Assembly (NCBI RefSeq): GCF_032444005.1
Contig: NC_091282.1
Span: 767,064,001-767,128,000, forward strand
From: Ranitomeya imitator
Lineage: Eukaryota
DNA length: 64,000 nt
Direction of reading: 5' to 3'
The position numbers were made by a program, and so were the translations under genes. Of the stretch, positions 35,347 to 44,996 are shown piece after piece (position 1 is the first letter of the stretch; the number at the start of each line of letters is the position of its first letter). The notes under the pieces are model-generated. The model did not search any database, was not told where the DNA came from, and was given only the letters and a program-made list of their open reading frames with translations.

Positions 35347-36809
35347 TCCCCCTGTCTGAGCATGTTGCGGCTTAGATAGTCGGCTTTGGTGTTGATACTT
35401 CCTTTTATATGAAGCGCCGTCAGGGAGAGAAGATGTACTTCGGCCACCTGAAAGATATGATTTGCGACCTCCATCAATGTACTGGATCGCGTGCCACCTT
35501 GACGATTAATGTAGGCCACAGTTACCCGATTGTCTGACAAAAGCCTGACGTGTCGACCCTGTAGGGGTACAAGGAATCTATTTAAGGCATGTTTTACTGC
35601 CAACAGTTCTTTCAAGTTGGAGGAAGAGTCCTGTTCAGACAGAGACCATAGTCCCTGAATCCAATCCTCCCCTAAGTGAGCCCCCCGCCCTTTGGGGCTA
35701 GCGTCCGTAGTCAGCACCCTAGATATGTGATTTATCCAAGGGACCCCCCTGTGTAAATTCGAAGTGTGAGTCCACCAACCAAGCGAATGTACAGTCTCCG
35801 CAGAAAGTGTGAATTTACTGTCGAGGTGAGCATTTAGGCGACGGGAATTGTGTAACACGTCCCACTGTAAAGCCCTCGTGTGGAACTGTGCCCAGAGAAC
35901 TGCCGGGATGCAGGACGTAAGAGAGCCCAAGATTGACATCGCACCCCTGACTGATACTAAGGGATTATTTATTGCCCTGGTGACCAAATGCTTAATCTTC
36001 GCAACCTTTGTGTCCGGCAGGCGACATTCCTGCTGACTAGAGTCTATAACATATCCCAGGAATTCTTGTACTTTTAGGGGCTGAAGGCGCGATTTTTTTA
36101 TATTGATCATCCAGCCCAATTTGTGTAACGCATCCATAACTTTCTGTAGTTGGTCTGAGCAATGCGACTCAGAATGACCCACAATTAGCAAATCATCCAG
36201 GTACGGGACTATTAATATATCCTGTTCATGCAAGTGCGCCATAACCTCCACCATGATTTTTGTGAACACCCTGGGTGCAACTGCGACTCCGAACGGAAGT
36301 GCCTGATATTGAAAGTGTTCTACTGTGCCAGCTAGTGAGACCGCCACCCTAAGAAATCTCTGATGATCAATATGAATTGGTACATGGTAATAGGCGTCTT
36401 TGAGATCTAAGACAACCATAAAACAGTGGTGAAAGAGTAATTTTATTGCTGTCTTGACCGACTCCATTTTGAAGGAGGGTATGAACAGAAAATTATTCAG
36501 GCCTTTTAAATTAATAATGGTGCGATATGAACCATCAGGTTTTTTGACCAGGAACAGAGGGGAATAAAACCCCCTACCTTCCTCGCCTGCAGGGACTCTG
36601 ACTAGAACATTCTTCTGTTGGAGCTCCCGGACCTCAGACTCTAGTGCCAACTGCTCTGTAGAGGAGGAACGAACAGGTGTTAACATAAATTTGTCCCGAG
36701 GAGTATGGTGGAAGTCTAAGGTTAGGCCTTTCCCCACAATGCCTAGAATCCATGGATTGTTTGTAATCTGCACCCAGGCTGGGTAGAAGGCCGAAAGCCT
36801 ACCCCCCAC
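34926..36809 (-). CDS. DIRS-A reverse transcriptase / RNase H / DNA adenine methyltransferase-like polyprotein
   Basis: 627-aa uninterrupted ORF. RT: YSPLFLVKKPDG, LDLKDAYYH, LPFG, YLDD. RNase H: LTTDAS, ELLAV, SDN, ADYLSR. MT-like: PEIDLFA, AYAFPP, ILVAPFWP. Confidence 0.94.
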   Translation of the reverse strand: MGGRLSAFYPAWVQITNNPWILGIVGKGLTLDFHHTPRDKFMLTPVRSSSTEQLALESEVRELQQKNVLVRVPAGEEGRGFYSPLFLVKKPDGSYRTIINLKGLNNFLFIPSFKMESVKTAIKLLFHHCFMVVLDLKDAYYHVPIHIDHQRFLRVAVSLAGTVEHFQYQALPFGVAVAPRVFTKIMVEVMAHLHEQDILIVPYLDDLLIVGHSESHCSDQLQKVMDALHKLGWMINIKKSRLQPLKVQEFLGYVIDSSQQECRLPDTKVAKIKHLVTRAINNPLVSVRGAMSILGSLTSCIPAVLWAQFHTRALQWDVLHNSRRLNAHLDSKFTLSAETVHSLGWWTHTSNLHRGVPWINHISRVLTTDASPKGRGAHLGEDWIQGLWSLSEQDSSSNLKELLAVKHALNRFLVPLQGRHVRLLSDNRVTVAYINRQGGTRSSTLMEVANHIFQVAEVHLLSLTALHIKGSINTKADYLSRNMLRQGEWSLNPAIFSQIIQLWGCPEIDLFANRGNKKLHQFCSLNPKDNPYAVDALLISWHFRLAYAFPPLNLIPLVLRKIREDKARVILVAPFWPKRAWFPWLRKMSVCQPWILPELPDLLSQGPILHPQVANLHLAAWNLRGPY

Positions 36810-36821
36810 CTGGTCCGCTAG

Positions 36822-37907
36822 TCATTGTGGTTTCTTAACCTCTCGTGAAGGATTAAACATAAATCCTCTACCCCTTCTTCTGCTGTTGTCATATCTAGTA
36901 GATTCTCTGTTGGAGTCTCTATATGGTCTTCTGCGGTTGGACCATCCTCTATTATAGTCCCGTCTGTAGAAGGGTCTTCCTAGGAAGGGAAAGCGTTTTT
37001 TACTATCCCCTGCTTTTTCCAATAGCTCGTCTAGGACTGGTCCGAACAAGTGAGCCCCTTCACAAGGAATGCTACATAATTTTGTTCTAGCTTGTAAGTC
37101 CCCTGGCCAGCATTTTATCCATAGTGCTCTCCTGGCTGCATTGGATAATGCCGAGGACCTGGCGGCCAACCTGACCGAATCTGCTGAAGCATCTGAGAGG
37201 AAGGCTGCGGCATCCTGGATTGTGGACATAGAGGACAATATTTCCGACCTAGGGACTTTATCTCTGAGCTGATCTTCGAGGTGACCCAACCAAACCATCA
37301 AGGATCGAGCGGTACAAGTGGCTGCAATGGCTGGCCTCAGAGACCCTGCTGAAGTCTCCCAAGCTCCCTTAAGGAAGATGTCGGCTTTCCTATCTAACGG
37401 GTCTTTCAAATTTCCCAAGTCGTCGAAGGGGAGAGACGACTTTTTGCATGCCTTAGCGACTGCCGCATCCAACTTCGGGACTTTATCCCATGAGGACGAA
37501 GCCGCTTCTTCAAAGGGATACCGTCTTTTAAAGGCTGGCGGAAGCGACCCCTTCCTTTCTGGTTTCTTCCATTCTTTTGAGATTAACGATTTGATCTTGT
37601 CAATCACTGGAAAGGCTCTTCGGGATTTTCGCTCAATACCCCTGAACATAACATCCTGAATGGAACATTCCGATTGGGTATCTTCTATCCCCATTGTGCT
37701 GTTAACTGCTTTGACCAGATGGTTAACCCTTTCTAGGGACAAACAGGCTCGAGCAGACTCCTGATCCTCAGAGGAGGAAGTGGACGGAAGAGACCCTGAG
37801 CTCAGCTCACCCGAATCCGAATCTACCTCAGATAAAGGGGATGACCTTTTAGCTTCTGCCCCCCGAGATTTGGATCTCTCGGCACCTTTAATTTCCTGTC
37901 TCACCAT
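36822..37907 (-). CDS. DIRS-A gag-like ORF1 (main part)
   Basis: 361 aa with typical vertebrate DIRS ORF1 motifs (EWKKP, PKLDAAVA, LKDPLDRK, ARRALW, LFGPVLD). Separated by a frameshift near 37908 from an upstream CxxC..CxxC segment (37888-38055). Confidence 0.82.
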   Translation of the reverse strand: MVRQEIKGAERSKSRGAEAKRSSPLSEVDSDSGELSSGSLPSTSSSEDQESARACLSLERVNHLVKAVNSTMGIEDTQSECSIQDVMFRGIERKSRRAFPVIDKIKSLISKEWKKPERKGSLPPAFKRRYPFEEAASSSWDKVPKLDAAVAKACKKSSLPFDDLGNLKDPLDRKADIFLKGAWETSAGSLRPAIAATCTARSLMVWLGHLEDQLRDKVPRSEILSSMSTIQDAAAFLSDASADSVRLAARSSALSNAARRALWIKCWPGDLQARTKLCSIPCEGAHLFGPVLDELLEKAGDSKKRFPFLGRPFYRRDYNRGWSNRRRPYRDSNRESTRYDNSRRRGRGFMFNPSREVKKPQ

Positions 37908-39469
37908 CTCTTATTGTAGAGGTTAGATCAGGCGCCTCCTCCTCCAGTAAACGTTGAATACATATTTTACATAACTTCCTCAAATGTCCATCTGGAAGCG
38001 GCTCTGCACATTCGGCACACTGCCTATGTTTGGCTTTGGACAAACTTTTCCTCCCCTGATAGAGGAAAAAAGACAAGGGGAACACAACCATCACTAAGTG
38101 GACTTTCACGAAGCTCACTTACCCCGTCCAGTAATGAGTGGTACCGTAGATGGGGGATCCTTCGAAGCCGGCAAATCTTTACGGGCTGAGGATTTTGGTA
38201 TAGAGATCCGTGCCTCCTTAGCTCCACCAGCGCGGCTACTGCCACTAGACCGATGCTGGGAGCTTCTACGAGGCTTATCTGACAGCTGCTGCGGCTCCTG
38301 CTGCTGCTGGCTGGTAGTTCCTTCTGGCGACTCCATTATGGAATGGGTGAGGAACTCTGATTATCCCAGCTTGCCGCATTAAATACCCCCAAGGTACCGC
38401 CCCCGGATGGGGGCCAGCAGGGAATCCCAGGTGGCCATTAAACCGTCTGCCGCTGTGCTGCGCTACCCCTCCCTGAAGCCCAGACTGATCCCGCAGCTGG
38501 GTGCCGCCATTAGCCGGAGATGACGCTACTGCGCATGCCCGGCCGCGCCGCCCGCCGCGTCATCCGGACACGCCCCCTTCAGGACGCAGCGGCGGCGCCA
38601 AGCCGACACGTGGACCAGGACGCCAGCAATCCCCCCGGACCAATGCCGCGTCCCCGCCCGGACCAGCCATGACTCCCGGGACCCTGAGTAGCCAAGCACC
38701 TCCATAGGTATGTGCGGTTGCCTGAGAAGCTAGCCTATCAGAGGCTGCTTCCTCCTGCTGTCACCTACACCGCGCAGTGCCCCTGCCGTGTGGCGCTTCC
38801 TGCCCCCTGGACGGGCCGAGGTAGGGGACCCCCGCTACCTGTACCGGGCCGCCAGGAGTGGGGAGTCTTCTTACTTCGACCCTCTTGTCAGGGCCTGTCT
38901 GCAAGAGGTTCCGCTGTCAGGGACAGGAAACCAAACTGACGTGGGAGAGAGGTGCCGCCCTTTTTATGTCTGTAGGTTTCCTGTCCCTGAAGGGCGGATC
39001 CCCTCTCGTTGTGCTGTCATGGCGACTGAATAAAAAAAATGATAATTACTTACGGGTAATTTGATTTTCCAGAACCATGACAGCACCGTACGTGAGAGAT
39101 GGCATCCGCCCCCAGGAACAGGAAACCTGTAGCAGAGATATAAGAATGGGGCGGCCCCTCTCTCCTCAGTTTGTTTCAGAGTATGGAAGATGACCGCTTT
39201 GTTAGTACACAGTTATGTATTCTATTTACATTGTACAAGTTTCTATTAGTTTCTTATCTATATACATATTATATATAAGTAAATATGTGTGTAAGGAAAT
39301 AAGTTTTTTTTTTTTTTTTTTTTTGTGAATCACACAACCATCACCAAGATAGGGTGGGAATTAATGCGGTGCTGTCATGGTTCTGGAAAATCAAATTACC
39401 CGTAAGTAATTATCATTTTTTCCCTTCACCATGACAGCACCGTACGTGAGAGGAAGAAATAGAAGACTC

Positions 39470-41863
39470 CTAGGGTGGGACAACAGCAGATAACACCTTT
39501 CTCCCAAAAGACAAGTCCGAAAGACCCAAGTCTAGTCTATAATGCCGGAAGAAGGTAGATGGTGAAGACCATACCGCTGCTTTACAAATCTGTTCCACCG
39601 AGGCGCATGCCCTTTCCGCCCAGGAAGTGGCAATAGCACGCGTGGAGTGAGCCGTGACACCTTGTGGGGGAACTTGACCAGAAGAGGAATATGAAAGTGA
39701 GATAGCTGTACGCAACCACCGTGCAATAGTCGCCTTTGAGGCCTTTTTTCCCCTGTTTGTCCCCTGGAAGGTGACAAAAAGGGCCGATGACTGACGCCAA
39801 GATTTTGAGGCTTCTATGTATTGAAGCAGGCAACGTCTGACATCGAGACAATGGAAGGTTTGCTCCCCCTGGGATTTTGGTTGGGGACAAAATGAGGGAA
39901 GAATAATTTCCTGGTCTCTATGAAATTTTGAATTGACCTTCGGAAGGAAGGCAGGATCGGTTTTGATAACCACTTTGTCATCATGAAAGGTGGTGTAAGG
40001 AGGGTTCACCGACATAGCTTGCAATTCACAAGTACGACGGGCAGAAGTTAGAGCAACCAGAAGGACCGTTTTTAGGGTCAAGGATTTTATTGATATAGAA
40101 TCAAGAGGCTCAAAGGGGGAAACAGTTAGAGCATTTAACACTAAATTTAAATCCCAGGGAGCCACCTTAGGTAATAATTTTGAGGGTCTGGATGTAAAAG
40201 AGGCTCGTATGAACCTATAGACCCAAGGGTGATCAGCAAGTTTATGATCAAACAGCGCACCCAGGGCAGAGACTTGCACTTTTAAGGTGCTAGTAGACAG
40301 ACCCCTTTCCAACCCTTTTTGGAGAAATTCAAGAATTTCTTTCTCCGGGACTTGCTGACTTGTTTCGGACAATTGTCGCCCCGAGAAATCTAGGAACTTT
40401 TGCCAGATGTTTTGGTATTTCTCTGAGGTGACCTTTTTCCTGCTGGCTAGCAACGTGGTTACCAAAGGGTTTGAGAATCCTTTTGCTAACAGAAGTCCCC
40501 TCTCAAGTTCCAGGCTGTGAGATGTAGCCTGTGTACTTGGGGATGTTGAACTGGTCCCTGGTGTAGGAGATCCGGGGCATCCGGAAAGATCCATGGGTCC
40601 GAGATAGACATGCGTCTGAGCCACGTGAACCATGCCCTTTTCGGCCAAAACGGAGCTATGAGGATCACTCGTGCCTTGTCTTCCCGAATTTTCCTGAGGA
40701 CTGTCGGGATTAATGGTATTGGGGGAAACGCGTACGCTAGATGGAAGTCCCACCGATATAGAAACGCGTCTACTCCCTCCGGGTGTTCTCTTGGGTTCAG
40801 AGAATAGAACTTCACCTTCCGATTTTCTTTTGTGGAGAATAGGTCTATCTCTGGAACGCCCCAGCTGGCACATATTTCGCCAAACACTCGCTGGTTCAGG
40901 GACCACTCCCCTTGACATAGCGTGTGACGGCTCAAGAAGTCGGCTACCTGATTCTCTGACCCTCTTAAGTATGTTCCGGTTAGTGAAAGAAGGTTGTTCT
41001 CGGCCCATGTAAAAAGTTCTTTGGCCTCTGCCATAAGGGATGGTGACCTTGTGCCCCCTTGGTGATTTATATAGGCTATCGTCGTGTTGTTGTCGGAGAG
41101 CACTACAACATGTCTTCCCCGAATCCTTTCTCCTATATGAAGAAGTGCCAGCCGTACTGCAGACAATTCCTTCAGATTGGAGGATGCTGAGGTCATTGGG
41201 ATCCCCCATTGACCCTGTAGGACCTGATCCTCCAAGTGTGCTCCCCACCCCCATGGACTCGCATCGGTAGTAACGACTAATGGATCTTGTACTGACCATG
41301 GCACTGCGTTGCTTAAATTTTCTGTTTTCAGCCACCATTCTAGTGAGTCCTGAACTGTTGGAGATAGAAGAATCTTCCGATTTAGATTGTACGGACTCCT
41401 GTCCTGTTCGGCCAGAATCTGCCATTGTAACTCTCGTGTGTGGCTTTGTGCCCACCGAGTTGCTGGAATCGTTGCCGTCAGGACTCCTAAGAGCGACATT
41501 GAATTTCTCAGGGAGATAGTCCGTTGTAGTTGAAACAATTGTATCTTCTGCCGAATAGATTGAATTTTTCTCTGTGGGAGGACACACTCTTGCTTGACTG
41601 AATCTAACACGATTCCGAGGAATTCTTGAGTCTGTGTTGGGACGAGTCTTGATTTTTTCAGGTTTATCATCCATCCCAATCTGGTTAGTACTTCCAGTAC
41701 TCTTGCGACTGCTTTCTCGCAATTTTCTTTGCTGTTTGCTATTACCAAAAAATCGTCCAAATATGGTACCAACATTATGTCTTCTTTCCTGATGAAAGAT
41801 GCCACCTCGGAAACAATTTTTGTGAATATGCGGGGCGCTATGGCTACCCCAAAGGGAAAACAC
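39470..41863 (-). CDS. DIRS-B tyrosine recombinase (YR domain in the C-terminal ~350 aa; the upstream part overlaps pol in another frame)
   Basis: ARRTCEL, HSTRAIATSWA, FFRHYRLD motifs. Confidence 0.88.
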   Translation of the reverse strand: MFSLWGSHSAPHIHKNCFRGGIFHQERRHNVGTIFGRFFGNSKQQRKLRESSRKSTGSTNQIGMDDKPEKIKTRPNTDSRIPRNRVRFSQARVCPPTEKNSIYSAEDTIVSTTTDYLPEKFNVALRSPDGNDSSNSVGTKPHTRVTMADSGRTGQESVQSKSEDSSISNSSGLTRMVAENRKFKQRSAMVSTRSISRYYRCESMGVGSTLGGSGPTGSMGDPNDLSILQSEGIVCSTAGTSSYRRKDSGKTCCSALRQQHDDSLYKSPRGHKVTIPYGRGQRTFYMGREQPSFTNRNILKRVRESGSRLLEPSHAMSRGVVPEPASVWRNMCQLGRSRDRPILHKRKSEGEVLFSEPKRTPGGSRRVSISVGLPSSVRVSPNTINPDSPQENSGRQGTSDPHSSVLAEKGMVHVAQTHVYLGPMDLSGCPGSPTPGTSSTSPSTQATSHSLELERGLLLAKGFSNPLVTTLLASRKKVTSEKYQNIWQKFLDFSGRQLSETSQQVPEKEILEFLQKGLERGLSTSTLKVQVSALGALFDHKLADHPWVYRFIRASFTSRPSKLLPKVAPWDLNLVLNALTVSPFEPLDSISIKSLTLKTVLLVALTSARRTCELQAMSVNPPYTTFHDDKVVIKTDPAFLPKVNSKFHRDQEIILPSFCPQPKSQGEQTFHCLDVRRCLLQYIEASKSWRQSSALFVTFQGTNRGKKASKATIARWLRTAISLSYSSSGQVPPQGVTAHSTRAIATSWAERACASVEQICKAAVWSSPSTFFRHYRLDLGLSDLSFGRKVLSAVVPP

Positions 41864-42360
41864 TGATACTGTAGATGGACGGGGGTCTTTGCAAGGTTTA
41901 CCACTAATCTTAGGTATTGTTGGTGTTGGACAGCGATTGGCACATGGTAGTAAGCATCTGTGAGATCGATCACTGCCATGTAACAGTATGGGTTGAGTAC
42001 TTTCACTGCGGTTTTTAAGGTCTGCATCTTGAATTTTTCTATTTGAATATAATGGTTCAGGGCCTTCAGGTTGAATATTACCCTTAGCGAGCCGTCTGGT
42101 TTTGGTGTTAGGAAAAGGGTTCTACAGCACCTTATTTTTATCTCCTGATGAGGTACTTTTATTAATACCTCTTTTTGGATGAGGAGATGAATTTCTCTCT
42201 AGTGTGGCCTGATTTTTCCCCGCCACTTGGGTCATCTTTACCCGATTTGGTGGGAGGATGGAGAACTTGAGTTTTAGACCCTCTGACAACAAGTTGGTTA
42301 CCCATTGAGAAGCCGGCAGTGCTGCCCAGTGATGGACAAACCGCCGGAGTCTTCCCCCCA
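40486..42360 (-). pseudogene. DIRS-B RT/RNase H/MT with two frameshifts and a stop in the N-terminal region
   Basis: ORF 40486-42027 has YLDD, TTDAS, PEIDLFS, AYAFPP. The upstream VGGRL...EIHLLIQKEVLIKVP..*..FLTPKPDGS segment is spread over three frames. Confidence 0.85.
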
Positions 42361-42374
42361 CCGGAAAGCTGGCG

Positions 42375-43646
42375 TCATTGAGGTCTGGGATCAGACTTGG
42401 GAGGAGGCTTGTTGAAAAGAAATCCTTTTTCTTTCCGGTCTCTCCAAGGTCTGCCTCGACTAGACCTGTCATCTGATCGGCCGCGGGTCCCTCTATATCC
42501 AGATCCACGAAAGGACGAACGAGAGGTTTCCCACCGGCGTCTGGGAAAGGAAGGAGGTGGAAACCGCTTTTTCTTGTCAGACGCTTTCTCAAGGATCTCG
42601 TCCAGAGCCTTGCCAAAAAGGTATTGCCCTTCACAGGGTACTCCGCAGAGTTTGACCTTCGACTGAAAGTCAGCTGTCCAATTCTTCAGCCACAATGCTC
42701 TACGTCCTGAATTGGATAAAGCACATGCACGTGCGGCACTCCTCACGGAGTCTATTGAGGCATCCGCCAGGAACCTCGCGGCGCCCTGAAGAGAGGGCAA
42801 CGCTTCCAGTAGTCTCTCTCTCGGGCATTTGTTTCTGATTTGGTCACTTAACTCCTCCAACCACTTGACCATAGCCCGTGCCGTGCAAGTGGCAGCAACC
42901 CCGGGTTTAAATGACCATGTTGCTGCTTCCCAGGCCGACTTTAGAAAAGCATCTGCTTTTTTGTCGAGGGGGTCTTTTAGGGCTCCCATGTCCTCAAATG
43001 GTAAAGCAACCCCCTTAGAGGTGCTGGCGATGGCTGCATCTAACTTAGGCGCCTTATCCCACTTCTCACAGACCTCCTCGTTAAAGGGGTATTTGCTTTT
43101 CAAAGCCTGAGGGATGGACATCTTTTTATTAGGCTTTTTCCACTCCCGTTTTATTAAATTGACTAGGTTATCATGGAAGGGAAAAAATTTCTTCTTTTTC
43201 TCCTCCAAATTACTAAACATAGTATCTTGGACTGTCCGCGGTTCCTTAGGAGTCTCTACTCCCATAGTCGTTCTGACTAGTTTGAGCAGCTTTCCAATAT
43301 CTTCTGATTGAAAATAAGGGTGACCATACTCCTCATCTGAGGAGTCTAAATCTGAGGCATCAGAGGGGGTTAAGGCTCCCGTCTCTTCCCCTGAATCTAC
43401 GTCCGACCCTTGTTCACTTGTTGGAGGAGGGGGGGTTCCCTTTGTGTGATGTTTCAGCTGCTCCTTAACCGTGGACTTAACTTCCTCTCGTATAATCGAT
43501 TTAATATTTTGTAATAAGGAAGATGATTCCTCCGCAACTGTTTTATCGATACAGGGCTGGCAGATTTTCTTGCTGTATAGCTTGGGGAGAGTGTCCTTAC
43601 ATAGTGGACAGGCCCTATTTTTCTGTTTGGAAGTGGTTTTCTTTCC
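42375..43646 (-). CDS. DIRS-B gag-like ORF1
   Basis: ORF 42375-43265 (296 aa) is preceded in frame by 127 stop-free, ATG-free codons beginning GKKTTSKQKNRACPLC...CQPC, directly after a polypyrimidine-TAG. Confidence 0.82.
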   Translation of the reverse strand, partial: GKKTTSKQKNRACPLCKDTLPKLYSKKICQPCIDKTVAEESSSLLQNIKSIIREEVKSTVKEQLKHHTKGTPPPPTSEQGSDVDSGEETGALTPSDASDLDSSDEEYGHPYFQSEDIGKLLKLVRTTMGVETPKEPRTVQDTMFSNLEEKKKKFFPFHDNLVNLIKREWKKPNKKMSIPQALKSKYPFNEEVCEKWDKAPKLDAAIASTSKGVALPFEDMGALKDPLDKKADAFLKSAWEAATWSFKPGVAATCTARAMVKWLEELSDQIRNKCPRERLLEALPSLQGAARFLADASIDSVRSAARACALSNSGRRALWLKNWTADFQSKVKLCGVPCEGQYLFGKALDEILEKASDKKKRFPPPSFPRRRWETSRSSFRGSGYRGTRGRSDDRSSRGRPWRDRKEKGFLFNKPPPKSDPRPQ

Positions 43647-44351
43647 CTAAAAAAAACACAGTGTACAGGGTATCAGTGTGTGGTTTGCCTTACAAAGGCA
43701 CTCACCCCTCCAGGACCCTAGATACCGCGTGAGTCTCCTCAGACATTCTGGGCGCAGGCATCAGTAGCGTCTCTGGATCCATCGCTGGTTCGGTCATCTT
43801 CAGGCGATTGCTTGAAGTGTAGAACCAGCGATCCCTCTTGCCGCTTCTATTATATACAGTAGAAGGAGCGGTGTGCGCGCCTCTGGAGCAGCTTCCATCC
43901 GGAAGTGTCCAGCACACCGGCTCCTTTCGGCGTGTGACGCTACTTCCGGCGCGACCGGAAGTCGTCCTCCTTCACTTCGGCGGCCGGCGTCAGTGAAGGA
44001 CACGCCCCCCCGGACCTGCCTCCTGCCCAGAGCTGTCGCCGGGGAGTCCGGCGAGGGGAGAAAACAGGCGCACACAGAAGCCCCATCACCCGGGCAGCAC
44101 CGCACGCAGCGCCGCCGAGCATGGCTGCCCCCCCCTCCACGGACCTCGGCCTCCGGACCGGACTCATCAGAGGGGGTATCCCTCCGGAGGTAGGAGCTCT
44201 GCAACAGGCGTCCACCTGCAGGAACAGGAAACCAAACTGAGGAGAGAGGGGCCGCCCCATTCTTATATCTCTGCTACAGGTTTCCTGTTCCTGGGGGCGG
44301 ATGCCATCTCTCACGTACGGTGCTGTCATGGTGAAGGGAAAAATAGAGACT

Positions 44352-44910
44352 GGGGGGGGGGGTCTGCAATACCAAGATAGGTTATTACACTTGGGGCCAT
44401 TTAATTTGGAATAACGAAGACTAAGGGGGTGATCTTATTTTAATGTATAAATATATGAGGGGACAGTACAAAGACCTTTCTGATGATCTTTTTAATCATA
44501 GACCTGAAACAGGGACAAGGGGGCATCCTCTACATCTGGAGGAAAGAAGGTTTAGGCATAATAACAGACGAGGGTTATTTACAGTAAGAGCAGTGAGACT
44601 ATGGAACTCTCTGCCGTATGATGTTGTAATGAGTGATTCATTACTTAAATTTAAGAGGTGACTGGATACCTTTCTTGAAAAGTATAATGTTACAGGTTAT
44701 ATATACTAGATTCCTTGATAGGGTGTTGATCCAGGGAACTAGTCTGATTGCCGTATGTGGAGTCGGGAAGGAATTTTCCCCAAAGTGGAGCTTACTCTTT
44801 GCCACATGGGTTTTTTTGCCTTCCTCTGGATCAACATGTTAGGGCAGGTTAGGTTAGGATATGGGTTGAACTAGATGGACTTATAGTCTTCCTTCAACCT
44901 TAACTATGTA
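44352..44910 (+). mobile_element. 5'-truncated CR1 LINE (ORF2 C-terminus + 3' UTR)
   Basis: GLQYQDRLLHLG...RRLRGDLILMYKY...TRGHPLHLEERRF...FTVRAVRLWNSLP. The 3' tail ends TAACTATGTAAC. Confidence 0.9.
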
Positions 44911-44962
44911 ACATTTATTCTGCCTTCTGTAGCGACGTTTCGAACAGACCTTTATCAAGCGT

Positions 44963-44996
44963 GCTTGATAAAGGTCTGTTGACCGAAACGTCGCTA
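44963..44996 (+). ncRNA. Minimal type-I hammerhead ribozyme-like motif (Penelope-type)
   Basis: UUGAUAA (U3-A8 covariant of CUGANGA) + extra A + stem II GGUC/GACC with UGUU loop + GAAA + palindromic ACGU helix III + GUC cleavage triplet. Helix I is only about 2 bp here. Confidence 0.55.

Larger units (their letters stand above)
33532..39034 (-). mobile_element. DIRS1-type tyrosine-recombinase retrotransposon A, near-intact
   Basis: Identical 89-bp ITRs (33576-33664, 38934-39022). ICR at 33813-33896 complementary to both termini, with a TTT junction. Overlapping gag, RT-RNaseH-MT and YR ORFs. Confidence 0.95.
39035..44343 (-). mobile_element. DIRS1-type retrotransposon B, abutting DIRS-A head-to-tail
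   Basis: Identical ~99-bp ITRs (about 39078-39177 and 44233-44331). ICR at 39367-39452. gag, RT-RH-MT and YR present; the RT N-terminus is disrupted near 42100-42200. Confidence 0.95.

Noticed and set aside
33916-41863. Phage/bacterial integrase and Dam methylase as contamination or horizontal transfer
   Set aside because: Both domains sit in canonical DIRS1 architecture (ITR, ICR, gag, RT-RNase H) embedded between vertebrate genes.
39470-41863. 797-aa ORF as a novel large protein
   Set aside because: Only the C-terminal ~350 aa is recombinase. The rest is the alternative frame of the overlapping RT/RNase H ORF, as is usual in DIRS.
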